Source of the DNA: a bacterium
GTDB taxonomy: Bacteria > Myxococcota_A > UBA9160 > UBA4427
Direction of reading: 5' to 3'
Length of the DNA: 51,080 bases
NCBI GenBank assembly: GCA_030432735.1
Contig: JAUIMK010000002.1
Span: 1-51,080, forward strand
Part shown: one piece after another, positions 35,144 to 44,385 of the stretch
Position numbering within the stretch: the first letter of the stretch is position 1
How the letters are laid out: each line of letters starts with the position of its first letter
Program-made: the position numbers and the translations under genes
Notes under the pieces: generated by a model
What the model was told of the DNA's origin: nothing
What the model saw: the letters and a program-made list of their open reading frames with translations, nothing else
The model's database searches: none

Positions 35144-37600
35144 TCAGGAGCTGAAGCCTGCGCGTCGCTGGGCCGCGAGGGCGACGATGATGTCGACGCG
35201 CCGGACGGCGTCCGCGACTTCTTCGGCGAACTCGCGTCGAGCGCGAGCGAGGTCGGGACGCCGCTCGGGGTCGGTCTCCGAGGCTGCGCTCCCCAGCAGG
35301 TCGCGATTCGCCGCCAGGCGGAGCGCCGTCTGGAAGAGCGCCTTCGAGACCGAGTCCGCCGCGTGGATGCGCTGCTGCAGCTCGTATTGCCGGCCCAGGC
35401 CGAGGCAGTCCTTCAGGAATCGCTTCTCGTCGAAGGCGGTCTCCGGAGACAGGTTCGCGAGCTGATCCGCGACGACGCGGTAGCTCTCGAGGAAGGGGCG
35501 GAGGACCCGGTGCGCCAGATAGGGCCGCATGCGGCGGATCATGTCCTCGGGGTCGAGCTCGTACTCGCTGACCCGCTTCTCCCAGGAGCGGTGGTTCAGC
35601 TCGAGGGTCGTCCGGATCTCGCTGCGGAACGCCTCCTTCTCCGGGAAGAAGAACTCGAACTTGAGCAGGTCGCGCAGACGCATGACCTCGTCCCAGAAGC
35701 GGGGGAGGACCTCGTTCCGATCCCCTTCGATCGCGTGCAGGAGCGCGAGCTCCGCGATCGCGCCGGAGACGAAGAAGTGGACGACCGTGTTGCGATAGTA
35801 GGCGGCGGAGAGTTGTTGATCGTCGGCGATCCCGAAGACCGGTTCGATCCCTTCGTCGAAGCGGGTCACGACGTCGTTCTCGACGAGGGCCTCGAGGGTC
35901 GCGGCGACGCCCGCGTTCTCCTTCAGGTGATCGAGGTCGGCGGTCGAGGGGAGCCCCCGGAGCCGCACGTTCTCGAGCAGGTTCTCGAGGGATTGCCGAG
36001 TGCCTTCCACGGTCAACGCCTGTCCCGTCGTGCCGAGCAGCGCCAGGGTGACGAGAGAAGTCGGCGTGATCGGCGTGACCCGGTTGATCCGGACGCAGAC
36101 CTCGAAGGCGAGCTTCTCGAGGTCGTAGCGTTCGCCGGGCGCGAGCTCCGCGCCCGGTGCGCCGAGCTGCTGCCGGAGCGAGACCGGCTCGCCGAAGGCG
36201 AGGTGGATCCGTCCGTACCGTCTCCGCATCTGGCGGACCATGCCGAGGAACCAGCCGAAGCTCTCCGTCTGCTTCTCACCGCCGCGCTGCTCTTCGACGT
36301 AGCTGCCGAGTCCCTGGATCTGGTCGTAGGCGATCGAGACCGGCACGAGATGGACGTCGTCGCTCTTCCCGCGGCGATAGGCGTCGACGACGTTGCCGAG
36401 CAGGCCGTAGCGCGGGGGCAGGAGCTTGCCGGAGCGCGAGCGCCCGCCTTCGATGTACCACTCGAGGGGGAAGCGCTTCTCGATCAGGTAGTCGACGTAG
36501 TGGGAGAGGACGTGCTTGTAGACCGGGTCGTCCTTGAAGGTGCGGCGGATGAAGAACACGCCGGCCCGGCGGACGAGCTGTCCGACGGGGAAGAAGTTCA
36601 TGTTGATCCCGCCGGCGGTGTGGTTCGGCGGCAGGCCGTGCTGGTGGAGGGCGTACTGGAGCACGAGGTGGTCGAGGTTGTGCTTGTGGGTGGGGAGGAA
36701 GACGACGGGATGCCGCTCCTCGAGGGCGGCGATGCCGCGCATCTGTTCGTCGGAGTAGACGAGCTCCTCGTCGTAGCCCCGGGTGTAGAGCCAGCGGATG
36801 ATCGAGATCACGAGGTCGATGACGAAGCGGCTGTGGGTCGCCGCGATCTCGCGCAGGTCGCTCGCCGCCTCCGCGGCCAGCGCCGCGTGGGAGACGTCGG
36901 TCTTTCCTTCGGCGCGTTGGCTCGCGACGAGCTGGTCGAGCCCGCCGCGGAAGGCGGGGCGAGAGAGCAGCTCCTCGTGGACGAGGCGCGGGACCTTGTA
37001 GCGGGCGCCGCGCAGGCTCCGCTCGGCGCGCTCGAGGGCGAGCGCCGCCTTCTGCGCGACGAAGTCGGCGAAGCCGGCGGTCTCGGCAGGGCCGCTGCCC
37101 GCGGCGTCGAGCCAGCGGCCGTGGAGATTCGTGCGGGTCGCGGGCTCCGCGGCGACGATCACGCAGCGGTCCGGGTCGCGCCAACGAACGAAGAGCTGAC
37201 GCAGCCACGAGGGATCCCGGGGATCACCGATCGTGAGGAGCGAGAGCAGGCTCGGCGTCCGTCGCCCGTCTTCCCGGAGCGCGCCGCGCCAGATCACGCG
37301 CAGCGGCGCCATCGTCGGGTCACCCGGCGCCGCGAGGGTCGCTTCGAGCTCGGGAGCCAGACGTCGGCGCCGCCCTCGCCGCGAAGGCGGGATCTCGATC
37401 GTCTCGACGCGCTCGCTCGCGAAGTCGTCGGGTCGATTCTCCTCGATCCAGCGCGCCAGCAAGCGGCGCTCGAGCCGGCTCGAGGCGTCGATCAGGAAGA
37501 CCACCCGCTCACCGGCGCCGACCGCAGGCCAGATCGGCACCGGGCCCGTCCATCCGTCCGACGGATGTGAAGCCTGCGACGGAGGGTCCGGGTTGGCCAT
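35144..37600 (-). CDS. plsB: Glycerol-3-phosphate 1-O-acyltransferase
   Basis: 818-aa ORF. It has the GPAT blocks HxxxxD (FLPTHKHNLDHLVL), FFIRRTFKDD, YIEGGRSRSGKLLPP and VPVSIAYD. The length matches PlsB. Confidence 0.85.
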   Translation of the reverse strand: MANPDPPSQASHPSDGWTGPVPIWPAVGAGERVVFLIDASSRLERRLLARWIEENRPDDFASERVETIEIPPSRRGRRRRLAPELEATLAAPGDPTMAPLRVIWRGALREDGRRTPSLLSLLTIGDPRDPSWLRQLFVRWRDPDRCVIVAAEPATRTNLHGRWLDAAGSGPAETAGFADFVAQKAALALERAERSLRGARYKVPRLVHEELLSRPAFRGGLDQLVASQRAEGKTDVSHAALAAEAASDLREIAATHSRFVIDLVISIIRWLYTRGYDEELVYSDEQMRGIAALEERHPVVFLPTHKHNLDHLVLQYALHQHGLPPNHTAGGINMNFFPVGQLVRRAGVFFIRRTFKDDPVYKHVLSHYVDYLIEKRFPLEWYIEGGRSRSGKLLPPRYGLLGNVVDAYRRGKSDDVHLVPVSIAYDQIQGLGSYVEEQRGGEKQTESFGWFLGMVRQMRRRYGRIHLAFGEPVSLRQQLGAPGAELAPGERYDLEKLAFEVCVRINRVTPITPTSLVTLALLGTTGQALTVEGTRQSLENLLENVRLRGLPSTADLDHLKENAGVAATLEALVENDVVTRFDEGIEPVFGIADDQQLSAAYYRNTVVHFFVSGAIAELALLHAIEGDRNEVLPRFWDEVMRLRDLLKFEFFFPEKEAFRSEIRTTLELNHRSWEKRVSEYELDPEDMIRRMRPYLAHRVLRPFLESYRVVADQLANLSPETAFDEKRFLKDCLGLGRQYELQQRIHAADSVSKALFQTALRLAANRDLLGSAASETDPERRPDLARARREFAEEVADAVRRVDIIVALAAQRRAGFSS

Positions 37601-37698
37601 GGCGCCAGTCTACCCGGATCGCGTCGACGTCGCGCGCCCCGGGCGACTCGTATCCTGCCGGAGGAATCGGCTCGACGAATCCACGCGTGTCGGGGATC

Positions 37699-39027
37699 AT
37701 GATCGGCATGAGCGCTCCCCGTCCCGTCTCCGCCGCGGAAGCGGCGGCTCTGCTTCGGCCCGTCGATCGTCTGGGCGTTCCCCTCGGTCCCGGGCAGCCG
37801 AAGGCCCTGCTGCACGCGCTCGGTTCGCGGGACGATTGGGAGGACCTCGCGGTCTTCGGTGCGCTGTTGGTCGACCTTTTTCCGGTCTTCGCGAAGCCGG
37901 GCGTGCGCCTGCGCTCGGGCTTCTTCGGGCCGGCGGAGCGCGCGCTTCACGCGGCGGGGCACGCGGTCGAGTTCGTCCCCGCCGACTTCCGGCGCTTCGC
38001 CGAGATCGCGGAGCGCTTCGCGCCGCGGGTCGTGGCGACGGCGGCCGCGCCGCCCGATGCCGAGGGCTTCCTCTCGCTCTCGCTCCACGCGGGTGCGACG
38101 GTCCGCGAGATCCACGCGGCGGCACGAGATCCGGAGCGGGTCCTGGTTGTCGAGACGAGTCCGCACTTCCCGCGGACCCTGGGGCTCGGCGAGGAGCATC
38201 CTCATCGCATCGCGCTCGAGGACGTCGACGTCTGGATCGAGGGCGACGCGCGGCCGACCGAGCTGCCGGACAAGCCCCCGGGCCCGACCGAGCAGGCCAT
38301 CGCCGAGCACGTCGCCGCCTTCATCCCGCCCGACGCGACGCTGCAGACCGGGATCGGGAGCATCCCGAACGCGGTCGTCGCGCTGCTCGCCGAGGCCGCC
38401 GGCGGCGAGTACGGCGTGCACAGCGAGATGTTCACGACGGGGCTGATGCGTCTCCACGAAGCGGGGCGCGTCGTGAACCGCAAGGGCATCTTCGACGGGA
38501 TCTCGATCACGACCTTCGCGATGGGCGATCGCTCGCTCTACGACTGGCTCGACGGGAACGAGTCCGTTCGCTTCCTGCCCGTCGACGTCGTGAACGATCC
38601 GGCGGTGATCGCGCGCAACCGCGACATGATCTCGATCAACGGTGCGCTCACGATCGACCTCCTGGGCCAGGTCGTGGCGGACTCCCTCGGCGGCGTACAG
38701 CACTCGGGGATCGGTGGGCACGAGGATTTCCTGGCGGGCGCCGGGCTGATCGCGGAAGGACGCTCACTGCTCTGCCTCCCCTCCACCGCGACCGTCGACG
38801 GCGCGGCGCACTCCCGGATCGTCGCCGAGCTCTCGCCGGGCTCCATCGTCACGAGTCCCCGTCACCAGGTCGACGTCGTCGTGACCGAGCACGGCGCCGC
38901 CGAGATCGCGGGGCGGACCGTCGCCGAGCGGGCGCACGCCCTCGCGGAGATCGCCGCACCGGAGGAGCGGGACGCCCTGCGTGCCGCCGCCCGCGAGATC
39001 GCCGCGAGGGGCATCCTCGCACGTTAG
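37699..39027 (+). CDS. Acetyl-CoA hydrolase/transferase family protein (4-hydroxybutyrate CoA-transferase-like)
   Basis: ORF 37567..39027. The start is ATG 37699 or 37708 (MIGMSAPRP...). It has family blocks (LQTGIGSIPNAV, GVHSEMFT, INGALTIDLLGQV, GIGGHEDF, VVTEHG). Confidence 0.8.
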   Translation: MIGMSAPRPVSAAEAAALLRPVDRLGVPLGPGQPKALLHALGSRDDWEDLAVFGALLVDLFPVFAKPGVRLRSGFFGPAERALHAAGHAVEFVPADFRRFAEIAERFAPRVVATAAAPPDAEGFLSLSLHAGATVREIHAAARDPERVLVVETSPHFPRTLGLGEEHPHRIALEDVDVWIEGDARPTELPDKPPGPTEQAIAEHVAAFIPPDATLQTGIGSIPNAVVALLAEAAGGEYGVHSEMFTTGLMRLHEAGRVVNRKGIFDGISITTFAMGDRSLYDWLDGNESVRFLPVDVVNDPAVIARNRDMISINGALTIDLLGQVVADSLGGVQHSGIGGHEDFLAGAGLIAEGRSLLCLPSTATVDGAAHSRIVAELSPGSIVTSPRHQVDVVVTEHGAAEIAGRTVAERAHALAEIAAPEERDALRAAAREIAARGILAR

Positions 39028-39054
39028 GCGCTGCATGGACGCGTTGGGCGCTGC

Positions 39055-39927
39055 ATGAAGATGAGCTGGATCGACCACGCGAGGAGCGCTGCGTCGCTCG
39101 CGGTCATCACGATCAACCTGGCTGGCTGGGCCATCGTGCTCGTCCTGCTCGGCTGCGTGAAGGCGGTCGTGGGACCGGCCCGACCGGCGATCGATCGGGT
39201 GCTGGACGGCTGCTATCGCCTCGCGATCGCCGTGCACGACATCTGGCTTCGCGAGGTCATGGGCGCGCGCTGGCGGAACCCCGACCTCGACCTGCCGGAA
39301 GACGAGCTCTGTCTCGTCCTCTCGAATCACGCGTCCTGGGCGGACATCCTGCTCCTCCAGAGCGCCATCGCCCGGCGCGGCCCGCTCCTCAAGTTCCTGA
39401 CGAAGCGGGAGCTCGCCTGGATTCCGATCTTCGGCGTGATCTTCTGGGCGTTCGACTTCCCGCTGCTCCGGCGGACGACGAAGGCGGGGCAGGACGACGC
39501 CCAGCGACGCGCCGCGGACGCCGCGGCCCTCGACGCGGCCTGCGATGCGGTGCGCCGGCGTCCGGCCGCCCTCGCGATCTTCGCCGAAGGCACCCGCGCG
39601 ACGCCGGAGAAGCGCGCGGCGCGGGGAGGGGCCTACCGGCACCTGCTGCCGCCGCGGGTCGGCGGTCTCGCGTCCCTGGTCCACGCCCTCGAGGGTGACC
39701 TCGTGTCCGTGATCGACGTGACCATCGTCTCGCCTGAGCCGCCGCGGTTCTGGGCCTTCCTGTCGGGTCGGCTCCCGGAGATCGAGGTCCTCGCGGAGCG
39801 GATCCCCGCGAGCGATCTCCCGAGCGGGCGCGACGCGCTGGCGAGCTGGCTGGATCAGCGCTGGCGTGCGAAGGACGAGGCGATCGAGAAGGCGCGGGCC
39901 GCGTCCCCCGGCCGCGGCGCGGTCTAG
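39055..39927 (+). CDS. Lysophospholipid (1-acyl-sn-glycerol-3-phosphate-type) acyltransferase, membrane-anchored
   Basis: 290-aa ORF. It has an N-terminal TM helix, the HxxxxD motif (LSNHASWADILLL) and the FAEGTR block. Confidence 0.8.
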   Translation: MKMSWIDHARSAASLAVITINLAGWAIVLVLLGCVKAVVGPARPAIDRVLDGCYRLAIAVHDIWLREVMGARWRNPDLDLPEDELCLVLSNHASWADILLLQSAIARRGPLLKFLTKRELAWIPIFGVIFWAFDFPLLRRTTKAGQDDAQRRAADAAALDAACDAVRRRPAALAIFAEGTRATPEKRAARGGAYRHLLPPRVGGLASLVHALEGDLVSVIDVTIVSPEPPRFWAFLSGRLPEIEVLAERIPASDLPSGRDALASWLDQRWRAKDEAIEKARAASPGRGAV

Positions 39928-40022
39928 CGGCCGCGGTTCCCGGGGCGATTGCCCATCGAGGCGGTCGCGGTGACGGCACCGCGGGCGAGTTCACTATCGT
40001 CTCCCCAGGAGCCCTTCACGCC

Positions 40023-40622
40023 TTGCCCCTGGTCGGTTGCCATCACTGTGACGCGGTCGTCTTCGAGCCCGACGTTCCCGACGGCGGCTCGGCGATCTGT
40101 GGGCGATGTGGCGCGACGCTCTTCCGTCGTCAGCGCGCGACCGTCGAGATCACCCTCGCGCTCACGACCGCCGCCGCGATCCTCTTCGTCGTCGCGAACG
40201 CCTACCCCTTCCTCTCCTTCGAGATGCAGGGCCAGACCACACGCACGACCCTCGCCTCCGGCGCGTTCGCGCTCTGGGCGGGCGGGCGGTACGCGATCGC
40301 GGCGCTGGTCCTGGGGACGACGGTCCTCGCACCGGCGCTGCAGATCGGCCTGATGCTCTACGTGCTCGCGCCGCTCCATTTCCATCACCCGGCGCCCTTC
40401 GCGGTCGCAGCGTTCCGCCTGGTCGAGCGGTGTCGCCCGTGGAGCATGATGGAGGTGTTCCTGATCGGGATCTTCGTGGCCGTCGTGAAGCTCTCGGACA
40501 TGGCGGACATCGTGCCCGGGATCGCCCTCTGGGCCTTCGGGCTGCTGATCCCGATCCTGGCGGGCGGGACGGCCTTCCTCGATGCCGAGCTGGTCTGGCG
40601 CGAGATCGGAGATCTCGAGTGA
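40023..40622 (+). CDS. pqiA: Paraquat-inducible protein A domain protein (first half of a split PqiA)
   Basis: 199-aa ORF with a TTG start. It has an N-terminal zinc ribbon (CHHCDAV...CGRCG) followed by 4 hydrophobic helices. Confidence 0.75.
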   Translation: MPLVGCHHCDAVVFEPDVPDGGSAICGRCGATLFRRQRATVEITLALTTAAAILFVVANAYPFLSFEMQGQTTRTTLASGAFALWAGGRYAIAALVLGTTVLAPALQIGLMLYVLAPLHFHHPAPFAVAAFRLVERCRPWSMMEVFLIGIFVAVVKLSDMADIVPGIALWAFGLLIPILAGGTAFLDAELVWREIGDLE

Positions 40623-41296
40623 GCGCGGTCTCGAAGCCGGCGACGCCCGCCTTCGGGCCGCACGCGCAGTGTCACGTGTGCAATCTGGTGGTCCGCGTGC
40701 CGGAAGGACCGACGGACGGGCTCGCCTGTCCGCGCTGCCGAACGGCGCTCCACCGGCGCAAGCCGAACAGCCTCTCGCGGACCTGGGCGCTGCTGGTCGC
40801 CGCCAGCATCTGTTATGTGCCGGCCAACCTCTACCCCGTCATGGAGGTCACGACCCTCGGGCAGACCCAGGCGGACACGATCCTCTCGGGCGTGATCTAC
40901 CTCGCGGTGAACGGGACCTGGCCCCTCGCGGTCATCGTCTTCATCGCGAGCGTCGTCGTCCCGGTGCTCAAGATCATCGCGCTCGGCTACCTCGCGTTCT
41001 CGGTCCAGCGACGGAGCCAGTGGCGTCCGCGCGATCGTGCGCGACTCTATCGGATAGTCGAGCAGGTCGGACGCTGGTCCATGGTCGACGTGTACGTCGT
41101 GACGATCCTCGTGGCGCTCGTGCACCTCGGGTCCCTCGCCAACGTCGAGGCGCGGGTCGGGGGCTTCTATTTCGGGGCGGTCGTCGTCCTCACGATGTTC
41201 GCGGCGGAGAGCTTCGACCCGCGGCTCATCTGGGACCAGATCACGGATACGGGTCGAGACGCGGAAGGCGAGAAGGGACGCAGCGATGGCGGATGA
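40619..41296 (+). CDS. pqiA: Paraquat-inducible protein A domain protein (second half of a split PqiA)
   Basis: GTG 40619 overlaps the previous stop as GTGA. It has a zinc ribbon (CHVCNLV...CPRCR), helices and a conserved RWSMVDVYVV block (compare RPWSMMEVFLI in the first half). Confidence 0.75.
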   Translation: MSAVSKPATPAFGPHAQCHVCNLVVRVPEGPTDGLACPRCRTALHRRKPNSLSRTWALLVAASICYVPANLYPVMEVTTLGQTQADTILSGVIYLAVNGTWPLAVIVFIASVVVPVLKIIALGYLAFSVQRRSQWRPRDRARLYRIVEQVGRWSMVDVYVVTILVALVHLGSLANVEARVGGFYFGAVVVLTMFAAESFDPRLIWDQITDTGRDAEGEKGRSDGG

Positions 41297-42896
41297 ACCG
41301 GTGGAGGACGGTGTGGGGCCGGAGGCGCCCCGAGCGATCGTCCGCACGCGGTCGATGCCGTCGATCGTCTGGCTGATCCCGGCGGTCGCTGCCTTCGTCG
41401 GGCTCTACCTGGCGTTCTGGGCCTGGTCCGAGCAGGGCCCGTCGATCACGATCGTCTTCGACAGCGCCGACGGCATCGTCGCCGGCACGACGGTGATCAA
41501 GTACAAGGACGTCGACGTCGGCGTCGTGGAGAGCGTCGAGCTCGACGAGGACCTCTCCCAGGTAAACGTCACCGCGAGCATGGTCAAGGAGCTCGCGGGC
41601 TATCTGACCGACGAGACCCGCTTCTGGGTCGTGAAGGCCGAGGTCTCCGCGAGCGAGATCTCCGCGGTCGATACGATCCTCTCCGGCGCCTACATCGGCA
41701 TGGCGCCCTCCCAGAACGGCAAGCGCACCCGCGTCTTCCAGGGGCTCGAGAAGGCGCCGATCATCCGGCCGGACAAGGCGGGGACGCTCTTCCAGTTGCG
41801 GGCGACGGAGCTGGGTTCGGTCGACGTCGGCTCGCCGGTCTACTACCGCTGGATCCGCGTCGGGCAGATCGCCGGCTACCAGCTCGCCGAGGAGGGCGAG
41901 TCCGTTCGCGTCCAGGTCTTCATCGAAGCTCCCCACGACGATCGCGTCCGCTCCACGACGCGCTTCTGGAACGCCTCGGGTCTCGACGCCGTGGTGACCG
42001 CCGAAGGCCTCCAGATCGACACGCCCTCGATGATGGCGATGCTGGTCGGCGGCATCGCCTTCGAGACACCGGCGACCGTCACCGTCGCGCAGGACGTGCC
42101 GGAGAACATGGTCTTCGAGCTCTACCCGAACAAGCAGGCTACGCGGCGTCCCCGCTATTCGCTGAAGACGCGGTTCCTGCTCTACTTCGAGGACTCGGTC
42201 TCCGGGCTCGTGCCGGGCTCCCCGGTCGAGTTCCGCGGGATCAAGCTCGGCGAGGTCCTCGACGTCGACGTGGAGCTCGACCGCGAGACGAACGAGATGC
42301 GGATTCCCGTGGTCATCGAGATCGAGCCCGAGCGCCTGGGGCTCTCGGTCGAGGAGCTCGACGAGGACCCGACGGCGAGGATCGAGAGCATGGTCGCTCG
42401 CGGCTTCCGCGCGCGACTGCTGACGAACAACCTCCTCACGGGGCAGAAGGCGGTGGACTTCGACTTCCTCCAGGGCGCCCGGGAGCAGGAGATCGTCTAC
42501 GGACGGGCCTATCCGGTCCTGCCGACGGCGACCGGGGGCCTCGATGCGATCACGACCCGCGTCGCCCGCATCGTCGATCGCGTCGACCAGCTCCCGATCG
42601 AATCGATCGGCGCGAACCTCGACGACGTGTTCGAGAGCCTCGCGGCGACGATGGGCTCGATCGAGGAGGCGACGGCGGCCGCGAACGCCGACCTGCTGCC
42701 CGGGATGACCGCGACCCTCGAGCGCCTCGAGCAGACGCTCTCGTCGGCGGATGCGATGATCGCGCCGGACTCGGCGCTCGCGCTCGAGCTCGAATCGCTG
42801 GTCGGGGATCTCTCCCAGGCGGCGGATTCGCTCCGGATCATGGCCGAACGGTTGGAAGAGCACCCCGAAGAGCTGCTGAGAGGAAAGAGCGAATGA
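41286..42896 (+). CDS. pqiB: PqiB-like intermembrane lipid transport protein (multiple MCE domains)
   Basis: 536-aa ORF that overlaps the pqiA stop by 11 nt. It has an N-terminal TM anchor (SIVWLIPAVAAFVGLYLAFWAW) and repeated MCE-like modules (GTTVIKYKDVDVGVV, GSPVYYRWIRVGQI, GSPVEFRGIKLGEV). Confidence 0.85.
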   Translation: MADEPVEDGVGPEAPRAIVRTRSMPSIVWLIPAVAAFVGLYLAFWAWSEQGPSITIVFDSADGIVAGTTVIKYKDVDVGVVESVELDEDLSQVNVTASMVKELAGYLTDETRFWVVKAEVSASEISAVDTILSGAYIGMAPSQNGKRTRVFQGLEKAPIIRPDKAGTLFQLRATELGSVDVGSPVYYRWIRVGQIAGYQLAEEGESVRVQVFIEAPHDDRVRSTTRFWNASGLDAVVTAEGLQIDTPSMMAMLVGGIAFETPATVTVAQDVPENMVFELYPNKQATRRPRYSLKTRFLLYFEDSVSGLVPGSPVEFRGIKLGEVLDVDVELDRETNEMRIPVVIEIEPERLGLSVEELDEDPTARIESMVARGFRARLLTNNLLTGQKAVDFDFLQGAREQEIVYGRAYPVLPTATGGLDAITTRVARIVDRVDQLPIESIGANLDDVFESLAATMGSIEEATAAANADLLPGMTATLERLEQTLSSADAMIAPDSALALELESLVGDLSQAADSLRIMAERLEEHPEELLRGKSE

Positions 42897-43489
42897 CGAT
42901 GCGCTGGACGGGAATCGCGATCCTCGCGGTCGTGATTTCGACGACCGCCTGCCTGGGGCGAAGCCCGAGCCCGGAGCACTACATGCTCGGGACGGAATCG
43001 GCAGGGGCGGCGGGCGGGGCCGCCCCCGGGGTCGCGCTCCTCGTCGGGCCGGTGCGCCTGCCGGCCTATCTCGACCGGCCGCAGTTCGCGCGCCTCGAGG
43101 GGCGGGGAGAGATCGAGCTCGACGAGTTCGCGCGCTGGCTCGGCGGCTTCGAGGACAACTTCCTGCGCGCGCTCTCCCTCGAGCTCGGACGACGAACCGG
43201 ATCGATCCGGATCGCGGCGAACCCGTCGAAGGCCCCCTTTCCCTTCGACGCGCGGATCCGCCTGCACGTGGACGACCTGATCGTCGAAGGCGACGCGCTC
43301 CGCGCGCGGATCCGCTGGGCGATGATCCCGACCGGCGATCGCGGGGCGCCGGTCGTCGACGTGATGGAGGCGCGGATCCCGATCGCCGGGGGCGGGAATG
43401 CCGCGATCGTCGTCGCCCACGATGCGGCCGTCGCGCTCCTCGCCGAGCGGATCGTGGCCGCGCTGCCGGCTCGGCCGGGCGCGGACTGA
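42893..43489 (+). CDS. pqiC: PqiC/YmbA-like auxiliary lipoprotein (ABC-type transport auxiliary component)
   Basis: 198-aa ORF with an ATGA overlap to pqiB. It has a signal peptide ending ...STTAC (a lipobox-like Cys) and the conserved VRLPAYLDRPQF block. Confidence 0.75.
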   Translation: MTMRWTGIAILAVVISTTACLGRSPSPEHYMLGTESAGAAGGAAPGVALLVGPVRLPAYLDRPQFARLEGRGEIELDEFARWLGGFEDNFLRALSLELGRRTGSIRIAANPSKAPFPFDARIRLHVDDLIVEGDALRARIRWAMIPTGDRGAPVVDVMEARIPIAGGGNAAIVVAHDAAVALLAERIVAALPARPGAD

Positions 43490-43606
43490 GGGGCGCCTGA
43501 CTCGCCGTTCGGCTGGGCAACGCCCGGTTGCATGCGAGCGCGACCCTTCAACCGGTAGACTGCTCGGGCGCGTGAACGGTGCCCGGAGGCGCGCGGGGAG
43601 TCAGCG

Positions 43607-43861
43607 ATGAACGACGACGACACGACACGACGAGCCGAAGCGGAGGAGGGCTCGGAGGAGCGCCGAACCCTCGGCGCGCGGATCGTCGCCGAGATCAAGT
43701 CGCGGCCCGTCGCCTGGATCACCTTCGCTGCCCTGCTCGTGCTGTCGCCGATCCTCCTCAAGATGATCTTCCCCGAAGCGACGACGGGCGTCCTCGTCGC
43801 CGGCACGATCGCGTTCACCGCCTACGCCGCGGCCTGCACCGTTCCCGGCCGCTTCCTCTGA
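43607..43861 (+). CDS. Small hypothetical membrane protein (2 predicted TM helices)
   Basis: 84-aa ORF preceded by GGGGAG. It has an acidic N-terminus followed by two hydrophobic stretches. I recognise no family. Confidence 0.45.
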   Translation: MNDDDTTRRAEAEEGSEERRTLGARIVAEIKSRPVAWITFAALLVLSPILLKMIFPEATTGVLVAGTIAFTAYAAACTVPGRFL

Positions 43862-43895
43862 GGACGCGGGCCCCGCGGCCCGCCAGGAGATCCCG

Positions 43896-44342
43896 ATGGA
43901 AGGTCCCGCGAAGGCCGGCGTCGAAGCCTGGCATGCCCACGTCCGCGACGTGAAGGAAGAGACCCTCGACGCGCTGCTCGCCGACGACGTCGTCTTTTTC
44001 TCGCCCGTCGTGCACACGCCGCAAGAGGGCAAGGCGGTCACGAAGCTCTACCTGATGGCCGCCTTCAACGTCTTTCCCGGGGACGATCCGCGAAGGGCTT
44101 CGGGCGGCGACTCGGGCGAGAAGCCGAAGGGGAAGTTCCGGTACGTGCGCGAGGTCGTGGGAACGCACGACGCCGTCCTCGAGTTCGAGACCGAGATCGA
44201 CGGCATCTTCGTGAACGGCGTCGACATGATCACCTGGAACGACGAGGGCAGGATCACCGAGTTCAAGGTGATGATCCGCCCCTTGAAGGCGATCCAGAAG
44301 GTCCACGCGAACATGGCGGCGATGCTCGAGAAGCTGAAGTAG
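43896..44342 (+). CDS. NTF2-like (SnoaL-like) family protein
   Basis: 148-aa ORF (…LDALLADDVVFFSPVVHTPQEGKAV…GVDMITWNDEGRITEFKVMIRP) with the NTF2-like fold pattern. Confidence 0.7.
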   Translation: MEGPAKAGVEAWHAHVRDVKEETLDALLADDVVFFSPVVHTPQEGKAVTKLYLMAAFNVFPGDDPRRASGGDSGEKPKGKFRYVREVVGTHDAVLEFETEIDGIFVNGVDMITWNDEGRITEFKVMIRPLKAIQKVHANMAAMLEKLK

Positions 44343-44385
44343 GACCAGGGACGGCGCGAATCGGCCGGCGCTATGCTCCCGCCCG

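Noticed and set aside
34526-37570. 1014-aa plus-strand ORF
   Set aside because: It is entirely antisense to plsB, which has unambiguous GPAT motifs. The product is dominated by R/E/D/G/A/L runs with no motifs.
39027-39058. 11-nt direct duplication GGCGCTGCATG x2, creating a 7-codon uORF (MDALGAA) that overlaps the acyltransferase start as ATGA
   Set aside because: It is too short to evaluate and has no SD in front of the first ATG. It is plausibly a chance duplication, and I note it only as a possible leader peptide.
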